Notes under the pieces: generated by a model
What the model was told of the DNA's origin: nothing
Database searches by the model: none
Seen by the model: only the letters and a program-made list of their open reading frames with translations
Shown: piece after piece, positions 13,121 through 27,089 of the stretch
How the letters are laid out: each line of letters starts with the position of its first letter
Position numbering within the stretch: position 1 is the stretch's first letter
Assembly (NCBI RefSeq): GCF_030144855.1
Contig: NC_082736.1
Coordinates: forward strand, 10,230,001 to 10,294,000
Source of the DNA: Hypanus sabinus
Lineage: Eukaryota
DNA: 64,000 nt
Direction of reading: 5' to 3'
Program-made: the position numbers and the translations under genes

Positions 13121-14019
13121 ACATCTTTGCATAGTTAGGCCAAGTTAATGAACACAGTGGCATTGAGGGCCTGAAGTGTGCTTGTATCAGTACCGAGTAT
13201 GGAACAGTTAATGCAGATGTACTTCGAGCCTGGATTAGTACATGGCACAGTGATTCAGCCATTACAGAGAAGGGCAGGACTGGTAGCTAAACATTCCAGG
13301 ATTCAGATTCAGACAGTCCAGAGGGAGGTGAATGAGGTTTAGGGAGCTGTACTGCGGATCAGGCAGAATATCACAAATTCAAGGTCATCCCAGAGGCTCA
13401 TCCAGTGAGACAATGTGGGTGGAACTCAGGAATGAGAAAGATGAAATCACTGTGATGGGATGAAACTGTAGGGCTCCCAACAGCCAGTAAGAGAGAGAGG
13501 AATAGATATGTCAGCAGGTAATGGACTGATGTAAAAACAACCGAGTACCTGTAGTGAATAATCTCTGGAAACTGACTGGGTCTCCCTTCCCACTTGAGTC
13601 TTGGTTGGGGCATTATTTGTTAAAAGTTTTCAGCAAGGTTTCCTAAAACAGTATGTGGCAGGAACAACCAGTGTTCAAAGAGAAATTAGTCAGGATTAAT
13701 GGGTCAAATAGACTAGATCAACCCAGAATGATCCTGTGACCAGTAATAGTCTGAAAATTATTCTAGTCTCCAGTGAATCTTCTAAGCTCCTGGTTGGACA
13801 AGATCAATTGTGTAATCAGGACACACCTCTGTAAACACACTGATACCATATTCCAAGCACACTGAGCTGCCAGAGCACAGCACCGGCCAGTGAGGACACA
13901 GACCAGTACAACACCCGGCTCCCTACTACAAAGTTCAAAGCTGAAAATAAAGGTATTATCAAAATACATTTCTGCATTAAATACGCAACCCCGGGATTTA
14001 TTTTCTTGTGGGCGTACTG

Positions 14020-16930
14020 CTGGTTTGTTAGAGCTGTTGGGGGGGGGGGGAGGTATAAACTAATTTGGCAGGGGCATGAGAACTGGCCTGAAAGGACAGC
14101 TGGTAAAGAAAGAAAAGATAGCATGCAGTCACGCTGTCAGGAAGAGCGAGCAGATAATAGGACATAACTGTAGCCAGCAGAGGAATGCAGAATCAATAAG
14201 GGTAGCAAATCCAATACTTGAAGTGTTATACCTCAATGCACAACGTATAAGAAATAAGGTGGATGATCTTATTGCCCTGTTACGGATTGTCATGTATAAT
14301 GTGATCATCACGGAATCACGGCTGAAAAATATTTATAGCTGGGAGCTAAATGCCCAAGTTAGACACATCAGAGGGACAGGAAGGTAGGCAATGGGTTGGC
14401 ATGGCTCTGCTGGAAAAGAATGGTATCAAATCAGTAGAAAGATGTGCCACAGGATCGGAAGATGTTGAATCATTTTGCGTAGAGTTAAAAAAAAACTGCA
14501 AGTGTGAAAGGACGTTGATGCAGTTATAAACAGGCCGTCAACAGTTGTTTGAATGTGGACCACAGATTACAACAGGAAATAGAAAAGGCATGTCAAACGG
14601 TCAATGTTATTGGAGATTTCATGGGAGATTTCGACATCCAGGTCAACTGGGAAAATCAGATTGGAAATAGATCTCGAGAGTGAGTTTGCTGAATGCCTAA
14701 GAGATGGCTCTTCAGAGCAGTTTGTTGTTGATCCTACGAGGGAATCAGCTATTCTGGATAATGTATTATTTAATGAACAGGAGGCAATCAGGGAACATAA
14801 AGTAAAAGAACCCTTAGGAGGCAGTGATCACAGTATCACTGAGTTCAACTTGAAATTGGATAGGGAGAGAGTACAGTCTGACATAGCAATGTTTCAGTGG
14901 AGTAAAGGTAGTAACAGTGGTGTGAGAGAGGAGTTGGTTAAAGTAAATTGGAAGGAGATGCTGGCAGAGATGGCAGCTGAGCAGCAATGGTGAGAGTTTC
15001 TGAGAAAAATGAGGGAGGTGCAGGATAATTGTATTCCAGAAACAAATAAATACTCAAATGGCAAAATAGTACAACTGTGGCTGACAAGGAAGTCAAAGCT
15101 AATGTAAAACCAAAAGGGAGGGCAGAAAACAAAGAAAAAAAAATAGTCAGAATACAGAGGATTGGGAAGCTTCTGACAGCTTACAGAGAGCAACCTAAAG
15201 AGGATAAAGATTAAATATGCAAGCAAGCTAGCAAATATTATCAAAGTGGATAGTTTAAGATTTTACAAGTATGTAAAACATAACGGAGAGATGAGACTGG
15301 ATATTTGACTGCGAGAAGAATAGGCCAGATAAATACTAATGTGTTGGGGTGGGGGTGGGATGGAGATGGCAGATGAACTAAATGAGTATTTTCCATCAGT
15401 GGAAGATACTAGCTGTGTGCCAGTTGTTGAAGGGTGTGAGGGGAGAGAAGGGACTGCAGTTATTATTATTATTATAAGGGAAAGGTGCTCAAAAAGCTGA
15501 AAGCCCTGAGGTTATACAAGTCACGCTGACCAGATGAACTGCACCCTAGGGTTCTTGCAGAGTTAGCGGTAGAGATTATGTTGCCATTAGTAATGATCTT
15601 TCAAAACGTATTGGACTCTGACATGGTGCAAGGGGACTGGAAAATTGCAAATGTCACTCCACTCTTTAGGCGGCAGAAAGGAAATTATAGACCAGTCAGC
15701 CTGACCTCAGTGGTTGGGAAGATGTTGGAGTTAATTGTTAAGGATGAGGTTATAGAGTATTGGAATCACAGGACAAGTAAAGACAAAGTCAGCATGGTTT
15801 CCTTAAAGGGAAATCTTGCCTGATGAATCTGTTGGAATTCTTTGAGATTGCATGAAGGAAAAATAACGGGGATGCAGATTCTGTCATATGTTTGGGCTTT
15901 CAAAAGGCCTTTAACAAGGTGCCACACATGAGGCTGCTTACAAGGTTAATAGCCCATGGTACGGCAGGAAAGTTACTGGCGTGATTACAGCATTGGCTGA
16001 TTGGTAGAAGGCAGCAAGCGGGAATAAAAGGGTCCTGTCTGGTTGTCTGCCAGTGAGTAGTGGTGTTCCGCAGCGGTCGGTGTTGGGAACATTTCTTTTT
16101 ATGCTGTATATTGATGATTTAAATGAAAGAATAGATGGCTTTGTTGCAAGTTTGCAGATGACAAGAAGGCAGGTACTGTTCAGAAAACAGGTAGGTTGTA
16201 GAAGTACTATGACAGGTTAGGAGAATTGGCAAGACAATGGCAAATGAAATACATTGTTGGAAAATGCATGGTCGTGCACTTTAGTAGTAGAAATAAACGT
16301 ACCGACTATTTTCCCAATAGGGAGAAAATCCAAAAATCTGAGATGCAAACGGACTTGGGAGTCTTTGTGCAGACCAACCGAAAGATAACTTGCAGGTAGA
16401 GTCGGAGGTGAGGAAGGCAAAAGCAATGTTAGCATTCACATCAAGCGGTTAGAATACAAGAGCAGGGATGTGATGCTGAGACTTTTTTAAGGCATTAGTG
16501 AGGCCTCACCTTGAGTATTGTGAAGAGTTTTGGGCTGCTCATCTAAGAAAAGATGTGCTGGCATTGGAAAGATTCCAGACGAGGTTCACAAGGATGATTC
16601 TGGGAAAGAAGCAGTTATCATACGAGGAACATTTGATAGCTCTGGGTCTGTACTCACTGGAATTTCGAAGGATGGGGGTGGGGGGGGGGAATATAATTTT
16701 GAATGTTGAGAGGCCTGGACTGAGTAGATGTGGAAAGGATGTTTCCTATCTTGGGGGAGTCTAGGACTAAAAGGCACAACCTCAGGATAGAGGGGTGTCC
16801 ATTTAAAACAGAAATGCGGAGAAATTCTTTAGCCAGAGTGTGCTGAATTAGTTCAATGTATAGCCACAGGCAGCTGTGGAGGCCACATCCTTGGGTGTAT
16901 TTAAGGTAGAGCTTGATAGGCTCATGATAG
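14020..16930 (+). mobile_element. CR1 LINE ORF2 relic (endonuclease and RT, many frameshifts)
   Basis: LYLNAQRIRNK, LGGSDH, WKIANVTPLF, NYRPVSLTSVVGK, RPHLEYC motifs in order. Confidence 0.9.
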
Positions 16931-19900
16931 GACATGGCTCGCTTCTCCACTCTGCACTGAACTAAGCATCTGTGCACAAACTCTCTTTGAGCATTTCAGT
17001 TCAATACAAAATTTGCTTGTGCTTATTGTTTGCAGGATTTGTCTGTCCTTCTGCACATTGGGTGTTTGATGGTCTTACTTTATTTGTGGATTTTTTGGCT
17101 TTCTTTGTTTTATGGCAACCTGTTTGAAACAAACCTCAAAGTTGTAGAATGTATACGTACTTTGATAATAAGTTTACTTTGAACTTTGATTCAAAAACCT
17201 GATGCTTGAGGGATCAAATAAGGACACAAATTTAACAAAACTTAAAACTGATGCTCCTGTAGTTACAGGCCAGGATGCAGAAGAGTGGAAAATGATAAAT
17301 ATTCTTCCTCTTTTTAAGAACTGCAATAGGGACAAAAAGGGAAACTGTACCCTGGTGACTCTTATGTTAAGTGGGAGGGATATTATTAGAAAAGATATTT
17401 AAGGATGGATCAGCTCAGAATTTATAAGGCATTGGTCCAATCACACTTGGAGTATTGTGAACAGTTTTGGGCACTTATCTAAAAAACTACATGCTCACAT
17501 AGGAGAAGGTCTAGAGGAGGTTCACAAAAATTATCATGGCAATAAAAGGGTTAATGAACAAGGATTGTTTGATGGCTTTGGGCCTGTACTCTCTGGGCTT
17601 TAGAAGAATAACGGAATCTCATTGCAACCAATCAAATATTGAAAGGTCTAGAATGGAGTGGGGAGGGTATTTCCGATAGTGGGGCAGTCTGGGACCACAG
17701 GGCACAGCCTCAAAATACTAGGACATACCATTATAACAAAGATAAGGAGCAATTTCCTGAGTAAAGAGTAGTGAATTTGTGCTGCCTATGTCAGGATGTT
17801 GTTCACTGACTAGAGCTCAGCGTTTATCACCATCATTCCCACAGTCCTGATCAATAAGCTACAGAACCTAGTCCCTCTGCAATTGGATCCTCGACCTCCT
17901 AACCAGGAAACCACAATCTGTGTGGTTTGGTGATAATCCACACAGATTGTGTGGATTAATGGAGATGGGCTAACCCCTATTGGCATCAATGGATCTGGAG
18001 TTGAGAGGGTAAACAGCTTTAAGTTTCACAGCAGCAACATACCCGAAGATCTCACGTGGTCTGTACGTACCTGCTGATTGGTGGAAAAGGCACAACAGCA
18101 CCTCTTTCACTTCAGATTACTAAGGAAGTTTGCTATGGGCCCCCAAATCCTAAGAAATTTCTTCAGGGGCACAATTGGGAGCATCCCCACTGGCTAGTAT
18201 GGGAACTGTACCTCCCTTAATCGCAGGATTCTGCAGAGTGTGGCGCGAACAACCCAGCGCATCTGTAGTTGTGAACTTCCCATGACTCAGGACATTTACA
18301 AAGACCAGTGTGAGAAAAGGGCCCGAAGGATCATTGTGGACCCAACTCACTTCAAGCACAATTTATTCCAGCAGCAACCATCCAGGAAACGGGTACTGCT
18401 GCATAAAAGACAGGACCAACAGGCTGCTGGACAGCTCCTTCCACCAGGCTATCAGACTGATTAACTCACGCTGATCTGAGGGAACATCTATGTACATTGA
18501 CTGTCCTATTTATTAACAATTATTATAAATTACTATGATAGCACATGGCATATTTAGATGGAGACATAACATAGATTTTTACTCCTCATGTACATGAAAG
18601 ATGCAAGAAATAAAGTCAATTCAAATTCAAATATCTCTTCTTTGCTGAGGATCAACACTGGCCCTGATGCACCTCAAGAATGTGCAGTTAGTCAACTGCT
18701 CTACTCCCTCTATAGCCATGACTATGTGACTAAGTATAGCTCAAATGCAATCTATAAATATGCCTCATAGAACCATTGTTGGCAGAATCTCAGATGGAGA
18801 TGATTGGACATACAGGAGTGGGATATACCAGTTAGTTGAGTGGTGTCGCAGCAACAACCTTGTGCTCCATGTCAGTAACAGAAAAGAGCTGATTGAAGGA
18901 AGGGTAAGAAGAGGGAACATGAACCAATCCTCATACAGGGATCAGAAGTGGACAGCGAACGATTTCAAGTTCCTGGGTGCCAATATCTCTGAGGATCTAT
19001 TGATGCAGCTACAGTATAAAGAAGGCAAGGCAGCAGATATATTTCATCAGGAGTTTGCAGATATTTGGTTTATCACTTTAAAACACCCAAAAGCTGCTGT
19101 AGATGTATTCTATATATATTATTTAAACTTTGCTCTATTTTAATCTACTTTATATACATATTCATATCCATATATACACACATACTGTAACTTATTTTGA
19201 TATTATCATGTACTCCATTGAACTGCTGCTGCTAAATTAACAAATTTCCGGATAAAAGTGTTTCAGAGGGTTTAAAAATCTGTCATGATCTCTGATTCCT
19301 TGCAGAATGGGGCAGCAGATGAGATGGGCCAAATGGCCTAATTCTGCTCCTGTGTCTTATGGTCCAATGGTCCAGGAGCAGCTGCAGGACATTTCAAAGG
19401 GAAGGTTGAACAGCTGGACATCGTGGTGGACAGTGCATGTTGGTTATTGCAATGTAGGGAGGAGGAGGGATGTGGTCCTGTGCAGTGAATTTAGAAAAAT
19501 AAGACAGAAACTAAAAACTAGTCAGCTCTATATTACTCCCAGTGACACTTGTTAGTGCAGGGAGATATAGACAGATACCACTGATGAATGTGTGGCTGAG
19601 GAGCTGCTGCAGCGGGCAGAATACAGGTTTCATGGATCAATGGGTCAACTTCTAGGGATGGGTAGGCAGAAACTATTCAGTCCCCAGGGTCTTCTAGGGA
19701 AGGAATCGTTTTCTCAATCCTGAAACAGCACGGAATAGTTTTGACGTGACAGGATGGAGGTTGAAAGGGTGAGCTGATGGAGGTGGATAAAATTATGTGA
19801 GGCATACAAGGTTTAGAGTGACAGGGACTGTTTCCCGTGGTGTGGCTGCCAAAAGCTAAAGGGAATTGTTGTAAGGTGAGGGGGTTGCTTTTAAGGGGAA

Positions 19901-21319
19901 CTGAAGGGTAAATATTTGACACAGAGAATAGCCGGTATCCCAAACGGGCTGCCAGAGGAGCTGGTAGAGGCAAATACACACAAAGCCTCTGTTCATGAAC
20001 ACTTCCCTGGAACCTGTCATTACTGTGTTCATCCTGCCCTGGTTTAACTCCCCGATGCTGGGTCCATTGTTGTTTTCCATCTGTATGAACGATCTGGATG
20101 AGAATGTGGTAAACTGGATCAGCAAGTTTGCAGATAACACCAAGATTAGTGGCATGGTGGACAGCAAAGATGGCTAGCAAATCTTGATGTGGGATTTGGA
20201 CCAGCTGGAAAAATGAAGGAGGTTACAATCTAGAACGCACTGCCTGTGGGAGTGGTGCAGGACCATCTGAAAGAGCATTTGGATCATCAGTACAGGGTAG
20301 GAGATAGACCAAGTGCTGAGTTAGTGCAGACAGATACTTGATGGTCAGTATACACATGCAGAAAACACTGACTGTGAAAGCTCAGTGGGAACCTAAAACA
20401 CAGAACTTCAGGATGGACTTACCAAAAACACTCAGAACACAGGACAATCGATTTTTAAACAACAACACACACAAAATGCTGGTGGAACACAGCAGGCCAG
20501 GCAGCATCTATAGGGAGAAGCGCTGTTAATGATTCGGGCTGAGACCCTTCGTCAGGACGAAGCAAAAGGAAAGATAGTAAGAGATTTGAAAGTACTGGGG
20601 GTAGGGGGAAATGCAAAATGATAGGAGAAGACCGGAGGGGTGGGATGAAGCTAAGAGCTGGAAAGGTGACACGTCCCATTCCCATTCTGATATGTCTATC
20701 CATGGTCTCCTCTATTGTCAAATTGAATCCAAACTCATGTTGGAGGAACAGCACCTTATATACCGGCTGGGTAGCCTCCAAGCTGATGACCACATTGACC
20801 TGCATGTGGCATCACAGAGAGACAGGGTTGTCTGTTGTACTTGCCTTGTCAGCCAAAGAACTGCGACTCATTAGAATTAGACAAAACTGATTAAAGGCAG
20901 ATTGAAAGGGGATCTAAAGGGTACATACTTCACACAGAGAATAGCTGCTCTCCTAAATCAGCTGCCAGAGGAAGTGTGGGGGCAGAAACCCACAAAGTTT
21001 CTGTTCATTAAAACTTCTCAGGAGCCTGACATTCACTGTGCACATCCTGCCCTGGTTGAACCGCCCAGAATAGAGTCAGTGATTTATACAGAACTGAAAC
21101 CGTCCCTGCGGTAAAACTCATCCAGGCCGACCTGAACTCGTCCCATTCGCCTGCATTAGACCCGTGTCCCTCTCAACCTTTCCTATCCACGTAACTGTGC
21201 AAATATGGTTTAAATACTGTACCTGAGACAGAGAGCCGGTGCGGTGAGACGCTGACAGACACTCACTGTTCCGAGGGCAGGAAGAGGAGAGGCCATTCCC
21301 ACAGTGGAGCCAAAACCCA
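15319..21319 (+). repeat. Left arm of an inverted segmental duplication
   Basis: Colinear reverse-complement match to 53813-64000 (excluding the Gypsy insertion) across many unrelated repeat junctions; left limit set only by the window end of the other arm. Confidence 0.97.
17790..19250 (+). mobile_element. Two Rex1/Babar-like LINE fragments
   Basis: TIVGRISDGD...LVEWCRSNNL, FKFLG motifs; AATAAA plus short tandem tail at about 18610-18630. Confidence 0.7.
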
Positions 21320-21500
21320 AAGTAGAGACCGACTCCACTTTACCACAACCCCGTGCCCACCATCCCGGACCGTTCCCCAGGGAACGACGTCAATAACGGT
21401 GGACCCGCTATGACGTCAGCTCGTCACAGATCGGCAAACCGCAACACGGTATCACGTGACGTTGAGTCAACAGCTCGGGAGGCGGGGCAAAGAGAACTGT
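21261..21500 (-). promoter_or_regulatory. Putative CpG-rich Pol II promoter and first exon with splice donor
   Basis: TGACGTCA 21411-21418, TCACGTGAC 21452-21460, TGAGTCA 21463-21469, GAGGCGGGG 21479-21487; minus-strand donor GTGAGT at 21266-21261. Confidence 0.5.
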
Positions 21501-21819
21501 CAATCAGTCGAGACGCTGAGAAATTGCGAACATTGTAACAGGTGGGTACGGGGGGAATTTCCGGGAACGTGACCCCACCCCACCCACTGAAATTGAGTGT
21601 AATTTTTATTTGTAATTTTATATGTAATTGACAGTAATTTTAATTTGACTCTTCGGTCTTATAAATATTTCATAATTGTATTTTCTATATTTTTGTGTGG
21701 ATAATATTTTTTTAAATTGGGCTAAAAATACGTTGTAACCAGATTACTGAACCCTTCATAAAAAGAACTTTCCGAAAAAATATTGTTAAAGCCAAAAATT
21801 TTAATCCAAACTAAGTTAA

Positions 21820-22610
21820 CAGAAACATAGAAAACCTACAGCACAAGACAGCCCCTTCAGCCCACAAAGTAATGCCGAACATGTCGCTACCTTAGAAATT
21901 ACTAGGCTTACCCATAGCCCTCTATTTTTCGCAGCTCCATGAACCTATCGAAAAGTCTCTTCAAAGACTATCGTATCGCCTCCACCACCGTTCCAGCAGC
22001 CCATTCCACGCACTGACCACTCTGAGTGAAACACTTATCACTGACATCTCCTCTGTACCTACTCCCCAGCATCTAAAACCTGTGTCCCCTTGTGGCAGCC
22101 ATTTCATCACTGGGAAAAAGCCTTTGACTATCCACACGATCAATGCCTCTCATCATCTTATACACCTCTATCAGGTCTTCTCTGATCCTCCGTCGCCCCA
22201 AGGAGAAAAGGCTGAGTTCACTCAACCTATTCTCATAAGGCATGCTCCGCAATCCAGGCAACATCCTTGTAAATCTCATATGCACCTTTTCCATATCCGT
22301 CCTGCAGTGAGACGACCAGAACTCTGTACAGTGCTCCAAGTGAGGTCTGACCGGAGTCCTATATAGCTGCAACATTACCTCTTGGCTCCTAAATTCAGTT
22401 CCACGGTTGATGAAGGCTAATACATCGAACGACTTCTTAACCACAGATTCAAACTGCGCAGCTGCTTTGAGTGTCTTATGGACTCAGAACCCAAAATCCA
22501 TCTGATCCTCCGCAATGTCAAGAGTCTTACCATTAATACTATATTCTGCCATCATATTTGACCTACCAAAGTGAACCACTTCGCATTTATTTCGGTTGAA
22601 CTCCATCTGC
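21820..22610 (-). mobile_element. CR1 LINE 3' fragment
   Basis: ORF 22073-22444 with VRPHLEHC, RFTRMLPGL and DLIEVYKMMRGIDRVD. Confidence 0.88.
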
Positions 22611-22614
22611 CACG

Positions 22615-23010
22615 ACAGACCCTCTGAAATGATAATGGTGAGAAATTTAATGTTACTGACTCTCCATCTCCAGTCCCTGATGATGACTGGCTGATGGATC
22701 ACCGGTTTCCTCCCCCTGTCGTCGGTGATCAGCCCCTCGGTTTTGCTGATATTGAGTGAGAGGTTGTCGTTGTGGCACCATTCAACCAGATCGTTCATCT
22801 CCCTCCTGAGGGCAAATGTGTCACCACCTTTGATTCATCCAACAACTGTGGTGTCATCTGCACACTTAAATATGGCATTGGAATTGTACTTAGCCACACA
22901 ATCACAGGTATAATGTGAGTGGAGTAGTGGACAATGCTCACAGCCTTGTGGTACACCAGTGCTGATGGTGATTGTGGAGGAGTTGTTGACTTTGAATGCA
23001 ACGTCTTCAC
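22615..23010 (-). mobile_element. Rex1/Babar-like RT fragment
   Basis: LVEWCHNDNLSLNISKT translation and ADDTTVVG region. Confidence 0.75.
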
Positions 23011-23529
23011 TGTGGAAGGGAAATAGAAATTACATCTGAGAGAGAAGATTACATTAAATTCAGCAAAATATCAGAATGAAAGTGAGCTACTTTTTCACAG
23101 AAATGTGAAAACAGGGCCAACTTGTCCACGCTGATGTTTGTCAGTCTGCAAGGAGTATTGTGAGCAATGCTGGGCCCTTTATCCAAGGAATGATGTGTTT
23201 GCATCAGAGAGGGTCCAGAGCAGGTTCACAAGAATGACTGCGGGAATGAAAGGGTTAACATATGAAGAGCATTTGATGCCTCTCAGCCTGTGCTTGCTGG
23301 AGTTTAGAAGAGTGAGGAGAGAGTCACATTATAACCACTTGTGTGAACGTGGAGAGGATGCTTTCTGTAGTGTGTTAGTCCAGCACCAGATGGCACGCAT
23401 TCAGAATAGAAGGATGTGTCCTCAGAACAGAGATGAGAGGCCATTTTTTTTTCAGCCAGAGGTTCATGAATCAGTGGAATCCATTGTCAAGAGTGGAGGA
23501 AGCCACACAGTGAGCACTGGATACAATCA

Positions 23530-24640
23530 ATTGACATGTTAATCCATGGCCTCCTCCACTGTTGCGATGAGGCCACACTCAGATTGAAGGAGCAACACGT
23601 TATATTCCAACAATCTGATGACATGAACTTCAATTTCTCTAACTTCCGGTGTTGTTGCATGCCTCCTTCACCATTCTTCATTCCCTTTTCCATCTCAGAT
23701 TATCTTCCTACCTGCCTATCACCTCCCTTTGGTTTTCGTCCCTGTTTTCTTTCTTCCATGGCTTTCTGTCCTCTTCCACTAGATTCTCCCTCTCTAGCCC
23801 TGTATCTCTTTCACCAATCAACCTCCCAGCTCTTTACTTCACCACCCCTCTCACAGTTTCACCCATCACATTGTGTTGTTTTCTTCAGTCCTGCTGTAGG
23901 GACTCGGCCCGAAACGTTGACTGTACTCTTTTCCATAGAGTCTGCCGGGCCTGCAGAGTCCCTCCAACATTTTGTGTGTGTTGTGCAGATACAGGTGATG
24001 ATCTGAGCAGGCTTGCAGGTGAAGTTTTGCTTCTCCTGGATGGACTATTTGGGTTTCTGAATGGTGGTGCAGGGGCAGGTGTAGCACATGTTCCGATTAC
24101 AGGGATGAGCCAGCTGTGAGATCAGTGGGGAGGGATTGATGGATAAGGAAATCACGGATAGAATGATCCCGGCTAAAAGTGGAGAGTGGGACGGGGAAAG
24201 GATGTGTTTAGTGCTGGAATCCCTTTGAAGGTGGTGGACATTATGTAAAACGTTGTGCTGGACAGAAGCACACGGGAGGTGGTAAGTAAGGACAAGGGGA
24301 ACTGTAACCGTGTTATGGCAGTGAGAAAATGGGGTAAGGGTAAATGTCTGAAAAATGGAGGGGATATAAGAGGGTGAGAGCAGCAGCAATGAGAGAGGAA
24401 GGGAAACCTCGTTCTTTGGAGAAGGAAGACATTGCTGACATTCCAGCAAGGAAAGCTTCATCCTGGGAACAGGTGTGATGGAGATGTATAAAACGGGCGG
24501 CATTTGCACAGAGGACAGGCTGGGAAGAGCTATAGTCAAGATAGCCGTGAGAGCCGGTAGGTTTATAGAAAGGTATCACTAGACAATCTGTCTCCAGAGA
24601 TGGAGGCAGTGGTATTGAGAAATCAGAGAGATGTGAATAT
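23530..24640. mobile_element. Penelope-like element pieces in opposite orientations
   Basis: RLKEQHVIF GIY-YIG end and pLTR tail on + (23536-23985); YKPTGSHGYLDYSSS and VPLVLTYH RT C-terminal motifs on - (24000-24600). Confidence 0.8.
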
Positions 24641-24994
24641 GAAGTGACTGGAGGGTTATGGATGATAAACAGAAGGACATTTAATATGAATTGGCATCAA
24701 TTTTAGTGCAATATCATGGGCCGAATGGCCTTTCCTGTGCTGCACTCTTTTGTTTGTTCCATATTCCAAGAAAGGGAACATGAAATGTCATGAGTGAGTT
24801 TAAGAACATTCAATGGTATTTTTATATACTCTTGAAACAGGATGGTTGCCATAGAGTATGTAGGACCTCTCAAAAACAAACGAGGGAATTTCTGCCAAAA
24901 GCCAAAATAAGTGGGTGAGATACTAAATAAGTAATTTGCGTCTTTGTTTTGGTGGATGGAATTTAATGTATGAAGTGTGAGGTGTTGTATATAC

Positions 24995-25980
24995 ATTTCG
25001 CAACACTGTATTCCACCTGCCGCTTGTTGTCCAGTCTTCTAATTTGTCTAATTTCTACTACAATCGCATTGTTTCCTCAGCATTATCAAACCCCTCCACC
25101 TATCTCCATATCATCCGCAAACAAAGCCATCAATTCCATTTTCTAGATCATTGACAAACTATGTGAGAATCAGCAGTCTCAATAGTGTCTGAACACCATC
25201 AGTCACCAGCAGCCAACCAGAAAAGGCCCGTTTTATTCCCACATTGCATCCTGCCTGCCAGCCATTCCTCGATCCATGCTGGTATCTTTCCTGTAACCCC
25301 ATAGGACTTTATCTTGAAAAGGAGCCTCATGTGTGGCACCTTATAAAACACCTTCTGAAATTCCAGGTAAGTGACATCCACTGCCTCTCATTGTCCATCC
25401 TGCTTGTTACTTCCTCAAAGAACTCTGACAGATTTGTCAGGTAAGATTTCCCCAAGCAGACTTTGAATTATTTTATCATTGGTCTCCAATTACCTCGGAA
25501 CCTCATCCTTAATAATAGACTCCAACACTTCCCCAGCCACTGAGGTTAGGCTAACTGGGTTATATTTCCCTTTCTTTTGCCTTCCACCTTTATTGAAGAG
25601 TGGAGTGACATTCCCAATGCTCCATTCCTCCGGGACCACGCCAGAATTAAGCGATTCTTGAAAGATCATTGCCAATGCATCCGTCATCTCTTGAGAACCT
25701 CTCTCGGGACTCTGGGATGTCCTCCACCTGTCGCAGGTGGTATATCCACCTTAAGGTCTTTGAGTTTGCATCTCACTTTTTCCTTTGTACTAGCAATGTC
25801 AATCACTCCTGTTCCGTGACGGTCACAGACTTACGCAGTCTTACGCTAGCGTCTTCCGCAGTGAAGAAACAAGCAAAGTAGCCATGAAGTTCTTCTGCTT
25901 TTTCTTTGTCCCCCATCACTAACGCGCCAGAATAATGTTCCTGTGGTCCAATATCACCTCTCTTTTTCTCTTTATAAAAC
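24995..25980 (-). mobile_element. CR1 LINE RT fragment
   Basis: NVTPLFNKGGRQKKGKYNPVSLTSV and DVTYLEFQKVFYKVPH translations. Confidence 0.85.
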
Positions 25981-26006
25981 GGGGGAAAATAACGGAAAAA
26001 CCCATT

Positions 26007-26678
26007 TGTAACGTTCTCCTTCGGGTGTAACGATAACGTCGAATTTAACGTCGAGATAAACCACAGTCAATGAAACCAGATCGCAGTAAGATTAACCATT
26101 TACTGTTCACTCTTCACATTAACATATGGTGAAAACTGTTGATAAAACAATACAAGATTGATACAGTATTTGTTCCTTCCTTAATATCACATTTCAAGTG
26201 TAAATACTTGCAAAGGTGACTATAACTACATTACACTAAGGTGCAGTATACAGGGAGAGTTTACCTGCTCCATTGACTACTTTAAATACACTTTCATGCA
26301 AACTATCCGCGACTCTTTAACTAACGAAAGCATAAACATTATCTACCGTCGTTACTTCTAACAGGATCGGCATTAACATCTTAGTTCAATATATCGATTA
26401 TCTATTAACTTACAGCGTTGCTCTCACTGTGATTTCTCATGCCTGCAAACAACTTCTGCTCAGGTGAGCCTCGTGGAAAGCCCCCACCCTCGCGCTAATT
26501 TCAAACCGGTGTTTTCCCACAAGACGCGGCGAAACCGGATGTGACGTCATCACATGCCGATATATTTTACATGCAATGAATATACTTTAAACACTTCTAA
26601 TTCTAACTAGAAAATACTATTGAATGAATTACTAAGCGAAAATATTATAAACTAAATAACTGTCGTAAAGACAGCACA
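26007..26678 (-). mobile_element. Solo LTR, 672 bp
   Basis: TGT...ACA termini, 5-bp TSD CCATT/CCTTT (one mismatch), CpG-richer than its flanks; orientation inferred. Confidence 0.7.
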
Positions 26679-27089
26679 CCTTTATATTGCCGTCATATCA
26701 GCATCGGTCGATGACTCTGCAGGAGACTGAGGTACTGACTGCCTCCAGTGGTGTATGACATCGATCGATCACCATTCCCGAGCTGCTTTCTGACTCGGGT
26801 CACCCTGATTCCTCGCTCTGATGCAGTTCCCGGTATGTCCGGGTGAGGGCGCCATCGTCCGGAGACGCACACCACCGGTGAATAATCAACCCGGAATCAA
26901 TGAGAGAAGTTCGTTCGGCTAATCTTCGAGCGCAGTAGGTGACTGGATGGCTGGAGAGACCTGAGACACTTTCTATGGGAAGGACAGGAGTGAAAGGCTC
27001 CAGTATTGCAGTCAACAAAAATCAAAATAATTCTATTTACCCTTTTGTATTATTGTATATATATGACAGAGTGAAATACCAAGCCCAGT

